This document shows, piece by piece, positions 20,167 to 28,577 of a stretch of 64,000 bases of DNA. Below the pieces are notes generated by a model that ran no database searches, had not been told where the DNA came from, and worked only from the letters and a program-made list of their open reading frames with translations. This stretch comes from a virus, in the IMG/VR virus record IMGVR_UViG_3300006919_000042, positions 24,236 through 88,235 of that record; one strand, written 5' to 3'. Made by a program: the position numbers and the translations under genes. Numbering within the stretch: the first letter of the stretch is position 1; every line of letters begins with the position of its first letter.

Positions 20167-20462
20167 TTACACAATTAATTAAGATTTTAGTATTAGCGTT
20201 CATCCAGAACATTAGCTTCACGTTAGTAAGTAGAAGTAGAAACCGTGACAACAAGAGATACCATGTAATTGCTGCAGTATTTTCAAACAGTATATGGTTC
20301 TTAACGTTTAGGGAATTAATCCTGGGAGACATGAACTACATCCTTTTTGTGCCGTATGTAATTGGTACAGTACTTGGAAGTGTATATGGAATGACCTTAT
20401 CAATGAAGATTGAGAAGTGGTTAGGAGCATCTGCAGATGGACATTTATCAAAGAAAAAGTAG
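20163..20462 (+). CDS. Small three-TM membrane protein
   Basis: Three hydrophobic stretches, YVIGTVLG motif. Confidence 0.7.
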   Translation: MITQLIKILVLAFIQNISFTLVSRSRNRDNKRYHVIAAVFSNSIWFLTFRELILGDMNYILFVPYVIGTVLGSVYGMTLSMKIEKWLGASADGHLSKKK

Positions 20463-20466
20463 AAGT

Positions 20467-20622
20467 ATGACTCAAGTAAAGAGCTTTACTGAAATTAACG
20501 CAGAACAGAAATGTAATGAGTTTCTCAAGAAGATAGGAGACGATGTCATTGCAGTATTTCCACAGTATAGCGCACTGTTAGGAAGATTAGTTTACACAGT
20601 ACATTACACAGTAACACAATAA
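20467..20622 (+). CDS. Small hypothetical protein
   Basis: MTQVKSF...EQKCNEFL...VHY; start moved to 20467. Confidence 0.55.
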   Translation: MTQVKSFTEINAEQKCNEFLKKIGDDVIAVFPQYSALLGRLVYTVHYTVTQ

Positions 20623-20625
20623 AAG

Positions 20626-20787
20626 ATGTATCACACATTAGGACAATTATTAGTATTAGGATTGCTTGCAGTATTCATACTGATTTGTGCTTTGATAGTT
20701 ATTCAAGTTGTCAAAGGAATCATTCAAATCCTTTATGAGATAATTGACCTTATCAAGTATCTAATCAAAGCGATAGTAGGAAGATAA
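20626..20787 (+). CDS. Small hydrophobic membrane protein (53 aa, not in track)
   Basis: MYHTLGQLLVLGLLAVFILICALIVIQVV... Confidence 0.6.
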   Translation: MYHTLGQLLVLGLLAVFILICALIVIQVVKGIIQILYEIIDLIKYLIKAIVGR

Positions 20788-20912
20788 TGGCAGATCCAAA
20801 TAGACCACCACTATCATTAAAGGTAGAAAAGAAACTAGAGCCGAAACTCACTCGTAGACAAAGAAGAGAGCTCGGACGCAAACTAAATAAGAAAATACGT
20901 GATGGAAGATAG
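20787..20912 (+). CDS. Small Arg/Lys-rich protein (41 aa, not in track)
   Basis: MADPNRPP...KLTRRQRRELGRKLNKK; TAATG coupling. Confidence 0.5.
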   Translation: MADPNRPPLSLKVEKKLEPKLTRRQRRELGRKLNKKIRDGR

Positions 20913-20981
20913 AATAAAAGGTAAAATAATAGCAATAGCAATCTGGATGATTGCACTGTTAGTAGCAGCAATCTGGATAGG

Positions 20982-21155
20982 ATGATACAAACAATTCAAG
21001 ACGTAAAAGTAGGAGATTCAGTTAGTAATGCAATCAAAGGAGATGGTATAGTGATTAAGACAACTCCAAGAACAATAACAATCAAATTCGATAAGAGTAC
21101 GTCTAAGCTGACATACAGACATAAAGACGCATACTTTTATCCATCAGACTTTTAA
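20982..21155 (+). CDS. Small SH3/KOW-like protein (57 aa, not in track)
   Basis: VKVGDSV...GDGIV...ITIKF. Confidence 0.5.
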   Translation: MIQTIQDVKVGDSVSNAIKGDGIVIKTTPRTITIKFDKSTSKLTYRHKDAYFYPSDF

Positions 21156-21157
21156 TT

Positions 21158-21415
21158 ATGGAAGCAATAACAATTGAATTACCATTATGGGCACACTTAC
21201 TGGTATTAAGTGCATGTGGATATACTATTTTTTCGTTGGTACGTTCGTTAGTAAAGAGAGATCAGCCGGCCGATGCACTGGAGACATTGGAGACGGTAAC
21301 CAGAGTAGAGGTCATCGATAAGAGCGGAAGAGCATATGTTAAGATGAATACTGGAAAGGTGCAGTTGAGTATGCAAGATAGAGATAAGACGCTAAAGGTA
21401 TTCATATCAAATTGA
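21158..21415 (+). CDS. Hypothetical membrane-anchored protein
   Basis: N-terminal TM; VTRVEVID..GRAYV...SMQDRDKTLKVF. Confidence 0.65.
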   Translation: MEAITIELPLWAHLLVLSACGYTIFSLVRSLVKRDQPADALETLETVTRVEVIDKSGRAYVKMNTGKVQLSMQDRDKTLKVFISN

Positions 21416-21487
21416 CCCTAGGGACATACCAAAAGGTCCCATAGGGACATAAAATTAATGCGTATCTTTATTTGGTAAATAGGGACA
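21416..21487. repeat. Three TAGGGACA direct repeats with palindromic arrangements
   Basis: TAGGGACA at 21419, 21442, 21480; CCCTAGGG at 21416 and GTCCC-ATA-GGGAC at 21436-21448. Confidence 0.75.
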
Positions 21488-21506
21488 CACCATAACAATA
21501 GGCACC

Positions 21507-22658
21507 ATGCAAGAAGAGGTACATAAAGATGTAGATAAAAGGGAGCAAGAAATACTTGCTAAGCCTGAGGGCGCACTATTAGTGGTGCCAGAGTCGGTTA
21601 TCGATGTAGAATCATATAAGAAATATAGGGCACTCAAGGATAGTAAAGCGTTATTGTTACCTGAGCGCTTGATAGAAACCAGCGACATTCATACGGTGAT
21701 TGACCCGATGGCACATTACGTTGCCAACACCAAGAAGATAGCACACCTACCGAGTGATGAACAAGATAACATCATCAAACGTATGAAGTCAATCAAGGTG
21801 TTATACCTGCGAATTGGCGCGTTGAAGAAGTCTGCGTTTGGTTTAAAAAGAAGAAAGCACCATCCGTCCCTACTTATGGGACTACTTGATGAAAGAGGTG
21901 GGGAGCTGATTGAATACTTCGGACAGATGTTAACCGACGAAGAGGTGCATAAGATTGTCAATAAGGAATGGGGTTATGAAGCGTCCCTACATTCGATTAA
22001 GAAATTCCGGTTAGGGAACAAAGAGTTAATTGACCAAGCTAAAGATAAATTTGTAAAAGACTTCAGTTCTCTGCGACTATCGCATAAGAGAGGACGGTTA
22101 GAAGAGCTTCAAAAGATATTCATTGCACGAAAGTTAAAGTGGGAAACCACCAAGAATCGTGAGGATGAGAAGATGTTGGTTGGGATACTTAGGGAGATCC
22201 GTAATGAGACTGAAGACAAGACCCTACGCATTGATGCTAACATAAATGCAAACATCAATGTATCAATTCAGCACCACATTGAGAAAGAAGTTATGAATGG
22301 CCTGACCATCAATGATATCATACTGGCTAGGGCAGCGAGTAGAATGCAAGTCAACCCAGGATTCTTAATAAGTAGGTTACACAATTCAATTTATGCTAAG
22401 TTCAGTGGTTTCGCACCAAAAGACGAAGGTGTGGTAGAGTACCCATCTGCAATGGTGTATAATTGGAAAGAGATTAAAAAGCAGCATGATGAAGTTGGTG
22501 ACTCTGACACAGAACTTACTGAGTGGGAAGATGTAACTGACGAAAAGAAAACTGAGGCACTAGATATTAAAGATGTCCTACTTGCAAAATTACGTCAGAA
22601 AAAGGACGATGTTAGTATCGCCAAAGATAGAGTACAACAAGCTAAAAAGAATCAATAA
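21507..22658 (+). CDS. Putative terminase small subunit-like (DUF2280-like) protein
   Basis: HTH-like EVHKIVNKEWGYEASLHSI, then FVKDFSSLRLSHKRGRLEELQ...ILREIRNE, resembling DUF2280. Confidence 0.5.
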   Translation: MQEEVHKDVDKREQEILAKPEGALLVVPESVIDVESYKKYRALKDSKALLLPERLIETSDIHTVIDPMAHYVANTKKIAHLPSDEQDNIIKRMKSIKVLYLRIGALKKSAFGLKRRKHHPSLLMGLLDERGGELIEYFGQMLTDEEVHKIVNKEWGYEASLHSIKKFRLGNKELIDQAKDKFVKDFSSLRLSHKRGRLEELQKIFIARKLKWETTKNREDEKMLVGILREIRNETEDKTLRIDANINANINVSIQHHIEKEVMNGLTINDIILARAASRMQVNPGFLISRLHNSIYAKFSGFAPKDEGVVEYPSAMVYNWKEIKKQHDEVGDSDTELTEWEDVTDEKKTEALDIKDVLLAKLRQKKDDVSIAKDRVQQAKKNQ

Positions 22659-22837
22659 TGGAAGCAATACCATATCAAAAGTGCCCTAAATGTGATGGGC
22701 AAGGCTGTGTAAGCAAACCACCACACGTTGCTGGTGATGTTTATCAATGGACTAGTACAGCAACATCATTCATTTGTGATGTGTGTGCTGGAAGTAAAGT
22801 AATTTTAATGTTTAAACCACAAGAAGATGTGGGATAA
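22658..22837 (+). CDS. Small DnaJ-type zinc-finger protein (59 aa, not in track)
   Basis: CPKCDGQG ... CDVCAGSK. Confidence 0.7.
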   Translation: MEAIPYQKCPKCDGQGCVSKPPHVAGDVYQWTSTATSFICDVCAGSKVILMFKPQEDVG

Positions 22838-22951
22838 TCCATTTTATAGCAATCCAGCAGTAGATCTACTTGAACGTAAACGTATTGCTGCCAAGAAAAA
22901 GCATAATGCAACTTGTGCTCGCAACCGAGCTAAACGAAAAAACAAACGCAA

Positions 22952-23407
22952 ATGAGCCGTTCAATAGACATACCTACTGATAAGTTCCAAGATTTATATT
23001 TGGAGTACTTACAAGACGGATTTAACTCATTCAATGGATGGTTGCTAACACTAAGTGATGAAGAGTTCTTAGAACTACACCCTAAACTTAATTTAGATCC
23101 AGATAATTCAACTGATGATGAGGTAGATTATCAAGGCAACTTCATTTACATCACGTTGACTAAAAGTTCAGTAGTAACCGAAGATATGGTTCAGCGACTG
23201 TCATATGGCGACTTAATTGACAAATGGGACGAATTGTATGGAATAATAATGGCATCAGTTAATTTGATCTACTTATTAAAGAATGGGTATATTAAAACAG
23301 TACACAGATCAGATATCGATAATGATTGGAAGTTCGAGTTGACTGACTTAGGACACAATCAATTAAATCTTCCTGGAGAAGGTTTTCTCAAATTTAGCAA
23401 AAATTAG
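22952..23407 (+). CDS. Hypothetical acidic protein
   Basis: 151-aa ORF. Confidence 0.6.
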   Translation: MSRSIDIPTDKFQDLYLEYLQDGFNSFNGWLLTLSDEEFLELHPKLNLDPDNSTDDEVDYQGNFIYITLTKSSVVTEDMVQRLSYGDLIDKWDELYGIIMASVNLIYLLKNGYIKTVHRSDIDNDWKFELTDLGHNQLNLPGEGFLKFSKN

Positions 23408-23514
23408 CATGAAATTAACAATCGTAGTAATAATAGTTGGAGTGATTATAAACATATGGTTACTATCACAAGCAGAAGATTATGATGATGATATACAAGA
23501 CAGACATAAGTAAT

Positions 23515-23652
23515 ATGCAGAAGATCCGAGCGATCTTCAGTGGTTATATCTTCAGGAGAACAGCTGATGGAGTAGGATACGTTAAATGCTCACAGAAACA
23601 GCATGACAGAATACTTCGACACAACATTTCATTAGAACTGGTTGCTCAATAG
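23515..23652 (+). CDS. Small hypothetical protein (45 aa, not in track)
   Basis: MQKIRAIFSGYIFRRTADGVGYVKC...LVAQ*. Confidence 0.45.
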   Translation: MQKIRAIFSGYIFRRTADGVGYVKCSQKQHDRILRHNISLELVAQ

Positions 23653-23672
23653 ATATAAAGTAAGTATCTTTG
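23641..23672 (+). promoter_or_regulatory. Repeated promoter/operator, copy 6
   Basis: GTTGC-N5-AGATA-N9-TATCTTTG. Confidence 0.8.
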
Positions 23673-23695
23673 TGTCATATTAAAATCGGAAAATC

Positions 23696-24052
23696 ATGAA
23701 AAATGCAATACACCACATCATCAACGTACGGTCAGGACAACAACCTTTGTACTACGACCATTTAGGTAACGACTACATCCCAACAATCAAAGAGCTACAC
23801 ACAGACGTGCAGAGTATGATATGGGGAATAGAGTTTAAAGAAGGTTACTTCTTTTCAATGATCGGAATCGCTGATCAGAGAGACTTGACTAAAGCTGAGT
23901 TTAACAAGCTATCACACGATTTTAGACACTACGAAAGAGAGATGCACCTTCACAATGAAGAACAAGGATTTGAGATGGATATGTCAGGTGATTGTAGAGA
24001 GCCAGACTTGAATCCTGGAGGAGGACCATATAACGTTGCAGATTGTATATAA
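23696..24052 (+). CDS. Hypothetical protein
   Basis: Preceded by promoter and leader motif. Confidence 0.7.
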   Translation: MKNAIHHIINVRSGQQPLYYDHLGNDYIPTIKELHTDVQSMIWGIEFKEGYFFSMIGIADQRDLTKAEFNKLSHDFRHYEREMHLHNEEQGFEMDMSGDCREPDLNPGGGPYNVADCI

Positions 24053-24311
24053 ACGATGAAAGCACGAACTAGAACATTATCACCCAAACAGATGAGAGAG
24101 AAGCTCGCAACTAAAATGAGGCATGCTGAAATGCTATCAATTAGTGAAGTGAGAGCTCATTATCATAACCTATTCAAATCATTAAACCAGTAACATTAGA
24201 AACATTAATAGCAGATCAGAAAGATCGAATCGATAGATGTAATGCCAAACCAGGAGACAATGCTGTGATGGACTACATCAACGATATAAATGATGAATTA
24301 AAACAATCGTA

Positions 24312-24593
24312 ATGAAAAAACTAACAACACTATTCGTATTAGCACTAGCATTGAGCTGTGCACCCGACTCATTAGATGACCCGACAATATTCGAAAGGTT
24401 TGATCAGTCATATATTTCAGTAAGTGATGTATCTAATCAAGAAGGTCTTTGGACAGGGACAATGCAAGAATTTATTCAATCACCACTATATGTGTCAGGT
24501 AACAGTTATCACTTCGACATATACACGTTAGATTGTATACAACCGTGTGAAAGCTACAAATATTGCTGTTCATTCATAGAAACCATACAGTAA
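24312..24593 (+). CDS. Putative lipoprotein
   Basis: MKKLTTLFVLALALS-C lipobox followed by acidic residues. Confidence 0.7.
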   Translation: MKKLTTLFVLALALSCAPDSLDDPTIFERFDQSYISVSDVSNQEGLWTGTMQEFIQSPLYVSGNSYHFDIYTLDCIQPCESYKYCCSFIETIQ

Positions 24594-24757
24594 TGGCACG
24601 CAACTATCATGGTAAACCGAACTATGACAATGATGGCTTTGAACCAAGTGTCATACCAGCATTGAAGCGTATGAACATACCACACCGCACAATAAAGGTG
24701 GGCAATAAGACTAGAGTAAGAGTAAAAGTAAGATTATCAGATGAAGAATTTTATTAA
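24593..24757 (+). CDS. Small hypothetical protein
   Basis: TAATG-coupled start. Confidence 0.5.
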   Translation: MARNYHGKPNYDNDGFEPSVIPALKRMNIPHRTIKVGNKTRVRVKVRLSDEEFY

Positions 24758-24873
24758 CAAATTCTAATGAATCAGCGATATAAAACAAAATACAGACCAC
24801 GTAAACCAAAGAACGTAAATAAAGGTTCTAATGCTGCATTTCAATTGAGCATAGCTGAAAAAATGGTAAAGAA

Positions 24874-25146
24874 ATGAATGATCTAAAATACATAATCGTA
24901 AACATGAAAGGATGGCGCAAAGACCAAGCGAGAGCAATCATCTTCAATGGAATGGTTACACACAGTACAGTGGTACCTCAAGACTTTGAGTGCATTGGTG
25001 CTGGATTTATGATATTAGGTAACATAGATGGAAAGCTCGCAGCAAAGTGTTGGGGTAAGTCAGTGAGTTTAGATATCAAGAGCGACCCTATATTTGATGC
25101 ACAGATCATTAGAAAGACATTAACAAGAACACACCCATACATATAA
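24874..25146 (+). CDS. Hypothetical protein
   Basis: KYIIV...AIIF...H...GAGF...CWGKSVSLDIKS..D pattern typical of small phage ORFs. Confidence 0.65.
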   Translation: MNDLKYIIVNMKGWRKDQARAIIFNGMVTHSTVVPQDFECIGAGFMILGNIDGKLAAKCWGKSVSLDIKSDPIFDAQIIRKTLTRTHPYI

Positions 25147-25294
25147 TCATGAGTAGAGTATTCAAAGATGAAAAGGAAAAAGAGTTTGTTTGTAGGCAAT
25201 GCGCCACTTTCTTAAACGCGAATGAATTGATGAAAGGGAAATGTCCTAATTGTGACAACGATGAAGATGTGTTTTTAAACGAAAATGAGGGATA

Positions 25295-25492
25295 ATGGCA
25301 TTTTACACAGGAAGAGGAGTACCAGGCGACCCAGACTTTGAAATTGAAGAATTCAAAGGATTTCCGGTTAGTAAGTGTGGCAATTATTGGGGCAGCACTC
25401 AGGAGATTGCAGATAATGCATGGAGATCGGATGTTAAGTTGACAAGACGTGAAAGAAGAGCTCGTCAAAGAGCAAAAATATTTGGTAAATAG
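25295..25492 (+). CDS. Small hypothetical protein with Arg-rich tail
   Basis: LTRRERRARQR. Confidence 0.55.
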   Translation: MAFYTGRGVPGDPDFEIEEFKGFPVSKCGNYWGSTQEIADNAWRSDVKLTRRERRARQRAKIFGK

Positions 25493-25511
25493 ATATGAAC
25501 AACATATCTTT
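25481..25511 (+). promoter_or_regulatory. Repeated promoter/operator, copy 7
   Basis: TTTGG-N5-AGATATG-N5-CATATCTTT. Confidence 0.7.
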
Positions 25512-25531
25512 AAAACATTAAAATCGGAATT

Positions 25532-25741
25532 ATGAATACACAAGCATTATTATCATTGTACGACTACTTAGGCCACGCAGCTGGATCTGAATTAGGTAAA
25601 AGAGTAAATAACTTCGCAATGTCTCGAAATGAAGAGAATGAAACACGAGATGTTAAGACACAGAGCTATGAAGGTAAGATTCAACTATACCGTAGAGAGT
25701 TCTTAGATGAGTTCTTCGCAGCAAATCCACAAGACAGATGA
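25532..25741 (+). CDS. Hypothetical protein
   Basis: SLYDYLGHAAGSELGKRV...YEGKIQLYRREFL; leader motif upstream. Confidence 0.7.
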   Translation: MNTQALLSLYDYLGHAAGSELGKRVNNFAMSRNEENETRDVKTQSYEGKIQLYRREFLDEFFAANPQDR

Positions 25742-26064
25742 TACTCAAAGCAACATTAATAAAATATAATCAAGTAGATAGTGATGGCAACATCTTCTTA
25801 CCAGGAAGCATCAACTGCGGTAAAACGTGTTTTCCGATTACGTTAGCATTTGATGCTGGTAAGATGATTGGCATTGGTATGGAGCTTGAGAACACTAAAG
25901 ATGGTGTAGAAGGAGAGCTTCACATAACTGACGCAGATCAATATAGGTTCGCACACCTACTTGAGCCAGCAATTGGAGGAATAGTCAGAGAAAGAGATGG
26001 AAACAAGATTGCCAAATTCGACTTGAGAACAGTTGGTATGGTACCTAAACAAGATAAGTCATGA
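25738..26064 (+). CDS. Degenerate prohead-protease-like protein, probably inactive
   Basis: VDSDGNIFLPG ... PAIGGIVRERDGNKI aligns by eye with LDADGEYLDP ... LSIEGKVVERDANNK of the 54890 protease. Confidence 0.5.
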   Translation: MILKATLIKYNQVDSDGNIFLPGSINCGKTCFPITLAFDAGKMIGIGMELENTKDGVEGELHITDADQYRFAHLLEPAIGGIVRERDGNKIAKFDLRTVGMVPKQDKS

Positions 26065-26552
26065 AAAAGAATATTGGATCATTATTAGCAATGGCGCTGA
26101 TGGCAGAGGGAATAGGAATGGGTATGGAAGGTGGAATACCAAATACATCATCAAAACGTGTTCGTGACCATAATAGAGTGAGAGTACCAGCCAAGAAAGT
26201 GATTCCAAAAGGATGTAAACAATATTTCTTCAATCAAAATGGATATTGGGACAATACAAGTGGTGAGAAGAACAGCTACTTTACATGCATTGCATCAAGT
26301 GATAAGGTTGCACACAAGAAATTCAACAAGTATCAACTAATCTTAATTAAACAATCATTTGATAATCTGATACACATTGAGTGCTTACGTACTGGTAAGT
26401 GTCAGGAGACAGAAGGTCTAGTTGGCACCGAATACGAAGGAATATCTGTGTGTGACGATGGCTGTGTTCAGTTCAATCCAAGAACGAAAGGAGCAATATA
26501 TATGCAAGCATTAGGAGATCGAGTATATTATTGCAATAATGTAAAGGACTGA
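26061..26552 (+). CDS. Hypothetical protein
   Basis: Coupled ORF; IPKGCKQYFF...FTCIA. Confidence 0.6.
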   Translation: MKKNIGSLLAMALMAEGIGMGMEGGIPNTSSKRVRDHNRVRVPAKKVIPKGCKQYFFNQNGYWDNTSGEKNSYFTCIASSDKVAHKKFNKYQLILIKQSFDNLIHIECLRTGKCQETEGLVGTEYEGISVCDDGCVQFNPRTKGAIYMQALGDRVYYCNNVKD

Positions 26553-26649
26553 CAAAATCGACGGTATGTGAGAACCCATCATGTCCAGATATGCCGTGCT
26601 GTGGGCAACCAAGAGAGATATGTGAAACTAATTGTAAAGGCAAATAGAT

Positions 26650-26877
26650 ATGGCAATTCAAACAATTGAAATCAGAGATGTTGGTGATGAGGTAGTCGTT
26701 TTATCAAAAAATGGAGTTGAGAGAGGGATAGTTGCACATCGTGATGTACAGAAAGACAATGCAGTCAAATATGCTATTAGAACTGAATCTCAACGTAATA
26801 ACACACACCGATTATCACAAGAGGTGTTTGATGACATAGATCAATTATTAACGTACTATAAAGACAAATTTGCATGA
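26650..26877 (+). CDS. Small SH3-like hypothetical protein
   Basis: VGDEVVVL...GIV. Confidence 0.6.
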   Translation: MAIQTIEIRDVGDEVVVLSKNGVERGIVAHRDVQKDNAVKYAIRTESQRNNTHRLSQEVFDDIDQLLTYYKDKFA

Positions 26878-26879
26878 AA

Positions 26880-27001
26880 ACAATCGCAGATCACAATTAC
26901 TCTGCAATCGATGTTCGCAACAGAAAATAAGGTGTAGAGTTTTTTTTCCGATTTCTTTACATTTACATTAGTCCCTGCGATTTTAAGTTGTGGGGATTTT
27001 T
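26880..27001 (+). ncRNA. Candidate antisense small RNA (hairpin loop complementary to the AAAUCGGAA leader)
   Basis: 10-bp stem 26930-26939/26955-26964 with loop UUUUUUUUCCGAUUU, followed by a terminator. Confidence 0.45.
26970..27001 (+). terminator. Intrinsic terminator
   Basis: AGTCCCTGCGA-loop-TTGTGGGGATTTTT (several G-U pairs). Confidence 0.7.
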
Positions 27002-27032
27002 GTTGTTTAATAGATATATATAAGTTATCTTT
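27002..27032 (+). promoter_or_regulatory. Repeated promoter/operator, copy 8
   Basis: GTTGT-N5-AGATA-N9-TATCTTT. Confidence 0.75.
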
Positions 27033-27062
27033 AGTCATTATTAACATATTAAATCGGAAATT

Positions 27063-27824
27063 ATGCCAAGAAAATCAATTGTTACACCAGAGAACATCGC
27101 AGCATTGCGAGACTTCCTATTGAAGGTTAGAGCGACTAACCACGATGGCTTAAAGCCAAAAGTAACATCTCAGCAAGGAAGAGACTTCCTTAAAGAGTAT
27201 GACATTCCAAATCCACAAGGAGTATGGAAAATCTTAGTTAGTGAAGGATTCGTTAGAAAACGTTTGAAGTCACTTAGAGGTGGTATAGTATGGATCAATC
27301 CAGTAGTGCCATGTAATCAAATGGCTAAGAAAATCTACAAAGAAGCCACTGCATTTAGAGCTACTCAGAATCAGAAATCTCTTCAGAAGAAGAACACACC
27401 AGTTGTAGTTGTTCAAGGGAATCAAAAGCAGCCACTTACTATCTTAGATCAGAGAGTGTTAGATGTATTGTCACAATCATTCACTATTGAGCAAGCATAT
27501 GAATGTGGACAAATTTTCAACCTTAATCGTTCGTCAATTGATCGATTAGTTCGTAAATTAATTGACGCAAGTAAGATTGTAAGTAATGGTACACGCTCAT
27601 GGGTTAAAGTTCCAAAAGACGTTGAGGTGGAGGCAACGGGAACATTAGTATCTAACCAAGAGGTTGAAAGTGTTGATCTAAACACTACTTACAAACAATC
27701 ATTGAAGAATTCAATCAAGGTACTATCTGACAAGATGGAGAAGGACAAAATCCTAATCGAAGAACTCAAGTTGGAGTATATTAATAACCAGATTGCATTG
27801 CTTCAATTGAAAAAGTTGCAATAA
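27063..27824 (+). CDS. Hypothetical basic protein with possible wHTH segments and coiled-coil end
   Basis: IFNLNRSSIDRLVRKLIDASKI. Confidence 0.6.
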   Translation: MPRKSIVTPENIAALRDFLLKVRATNHDGLKPKVTSQQGRDFLKEYDIPNPQGVWKILVSEGFVRKRLKSLRGGIVWINPVVPCNQMAKKIYKEATAFRATQNQKSLQKKNTPVVVVQGNQKQPLTILDQRVLDVLSQSFTIEQAYECGQIFNLNRSSIDRLVRKLIDASKIVSNGTRSWVKVPKDVEVEATGTLVSNQEVESVDLNTTYKQSLKNSIKVLSDKMEKDKILIEELKLEYINNQIALLQLKKLQ

Positions 27825-27887
27825 GCTCCGCAAAGCTACTTGCTGGCCACAGACGTGTGTAGATCAGTATTGTTAGCCTAAGAGTTT

Positions 27888-27922
27888 AAGTCCCTACATT
27901 ATATCGATGTAGGGATTTTTTT
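27888..27922 (+). terminator. Intrinsic terminator
   Basis: AAGTCCCTACAT-loop-ATGTAGGGATTTTTTT. Confidence 0.85.
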
Positions 27923-27928
27923 ATTAAA

Positions 27929-27958
27929 GTTGCTAAAGAGATGTAAAGACCATATCTT
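27929..27958 (+). promoter_or_regulatory. Repeated promoter/operator, degenerate copy 9
   Basis: GTTGC-N5-AGATG-N9-TATCTT. Confidence 0.6.
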
Positions 27959-27988
27959 CGAGCCTCATTAATATAAAACAATGTAAAA

Positions 27989-28456
27989 ATGAAAAAAGTA
28001 TTATTAGTATTAGCATTGTGCTTCTCTGCGATGATCGTAGTAGCACAAGAAACAGTAAACAAGGCAGATATAATTGATCTAGCTGTGTACAAAACGTTAG
28101 ATGCCGGAATGGGTACAGATATCTTCTTAGCTGAAGTAGATGTGACTTTAGTAGGTATCAATACATCGGTAGGTTATATGTTTGCTGGTGGAGAGTCTAC
28201 CAAGCAGATATCGCTAGGTTTAGGTAAATCAATTGATGTAGGAACATTAACTCTTACACCGTCTATTTATGGAGCAACTCTTATCAATACCGGAGGAGGC
28301 GACTACATTTACGGTTTAGATGGAGAACTCGACGTCAAAGTATTTAATTGGTTGGCAGCAACTGGTAAGTATCAATGGACACAAAACAACAGTCAACCCT
28401 TTGCGCTGGATAACTTTGGAGCCAATTATTTGGTAGGAGTTAAGGTCACGTTATAA
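27989..28456 (+). CDS. Putative small outer-membrane beta-barrel protein
   Basis: Sec signal MKKVLLVLALCFSAMIVVA-Q; amphipathic strands; ends YLVGVKVTL. Confidence 0.6.
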   Translation: MKKVLLVLALCFSAMIVVAQETVNKADIIDLAVYKTLDAGMGTDIFLAEVDVTLVGINTSVGYMFAGGESTKQISLGLGKSIDVGTLTLTPSIYGATLINTGGGDYIYGLDGELDVKVFNWLAATGKYQWTQNNSQPFALDNFGANYLVGVKVTL

Positions 28457-28476
28457 AGAGAGACATAAATTATTTG

Positions 28477-28511
28477 AAATCCCACATCTTAATTGGTGTG
28501 GGATTTTTTTT
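28477..28511 (+). terminator. Intrinsic terminator
   Basis: AAATCCCACATC-loop-GGTGTGGGATTTTTTT. Confidence 0.85.
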
Positions 28512-28521
28512 GCACTAAAAA

Positions 28522-28552
28522 GTTGCTCAATAGATATAAGTTGGTTATCTTT
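28522..28552 (+). promoter_or_regulatory. Repeated promoter/operator, copy 10
   Basis: GTTGC-N5-AGATA-N9-TATCTTT. Confidence 0.8.
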
Positions 28553-28577
28553 AGGCATAATTAAAATCGGAAAAATT

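Noticed and set aside
23515-23610. Hammerhead-ribozyme-like CTGATG...GAAAC
   Set aside because: The core reads CTGATGG rather than CTGATGA, stem II does not abut GAAA, and the region holds a plausible 45-aa ORF
12031-25840. Other TTCCGATT antisense matches (about 12032 and 25832)
   Set aside because: Shorter, inside coding sequence and not in an evident hairpin loop; compatible with chance
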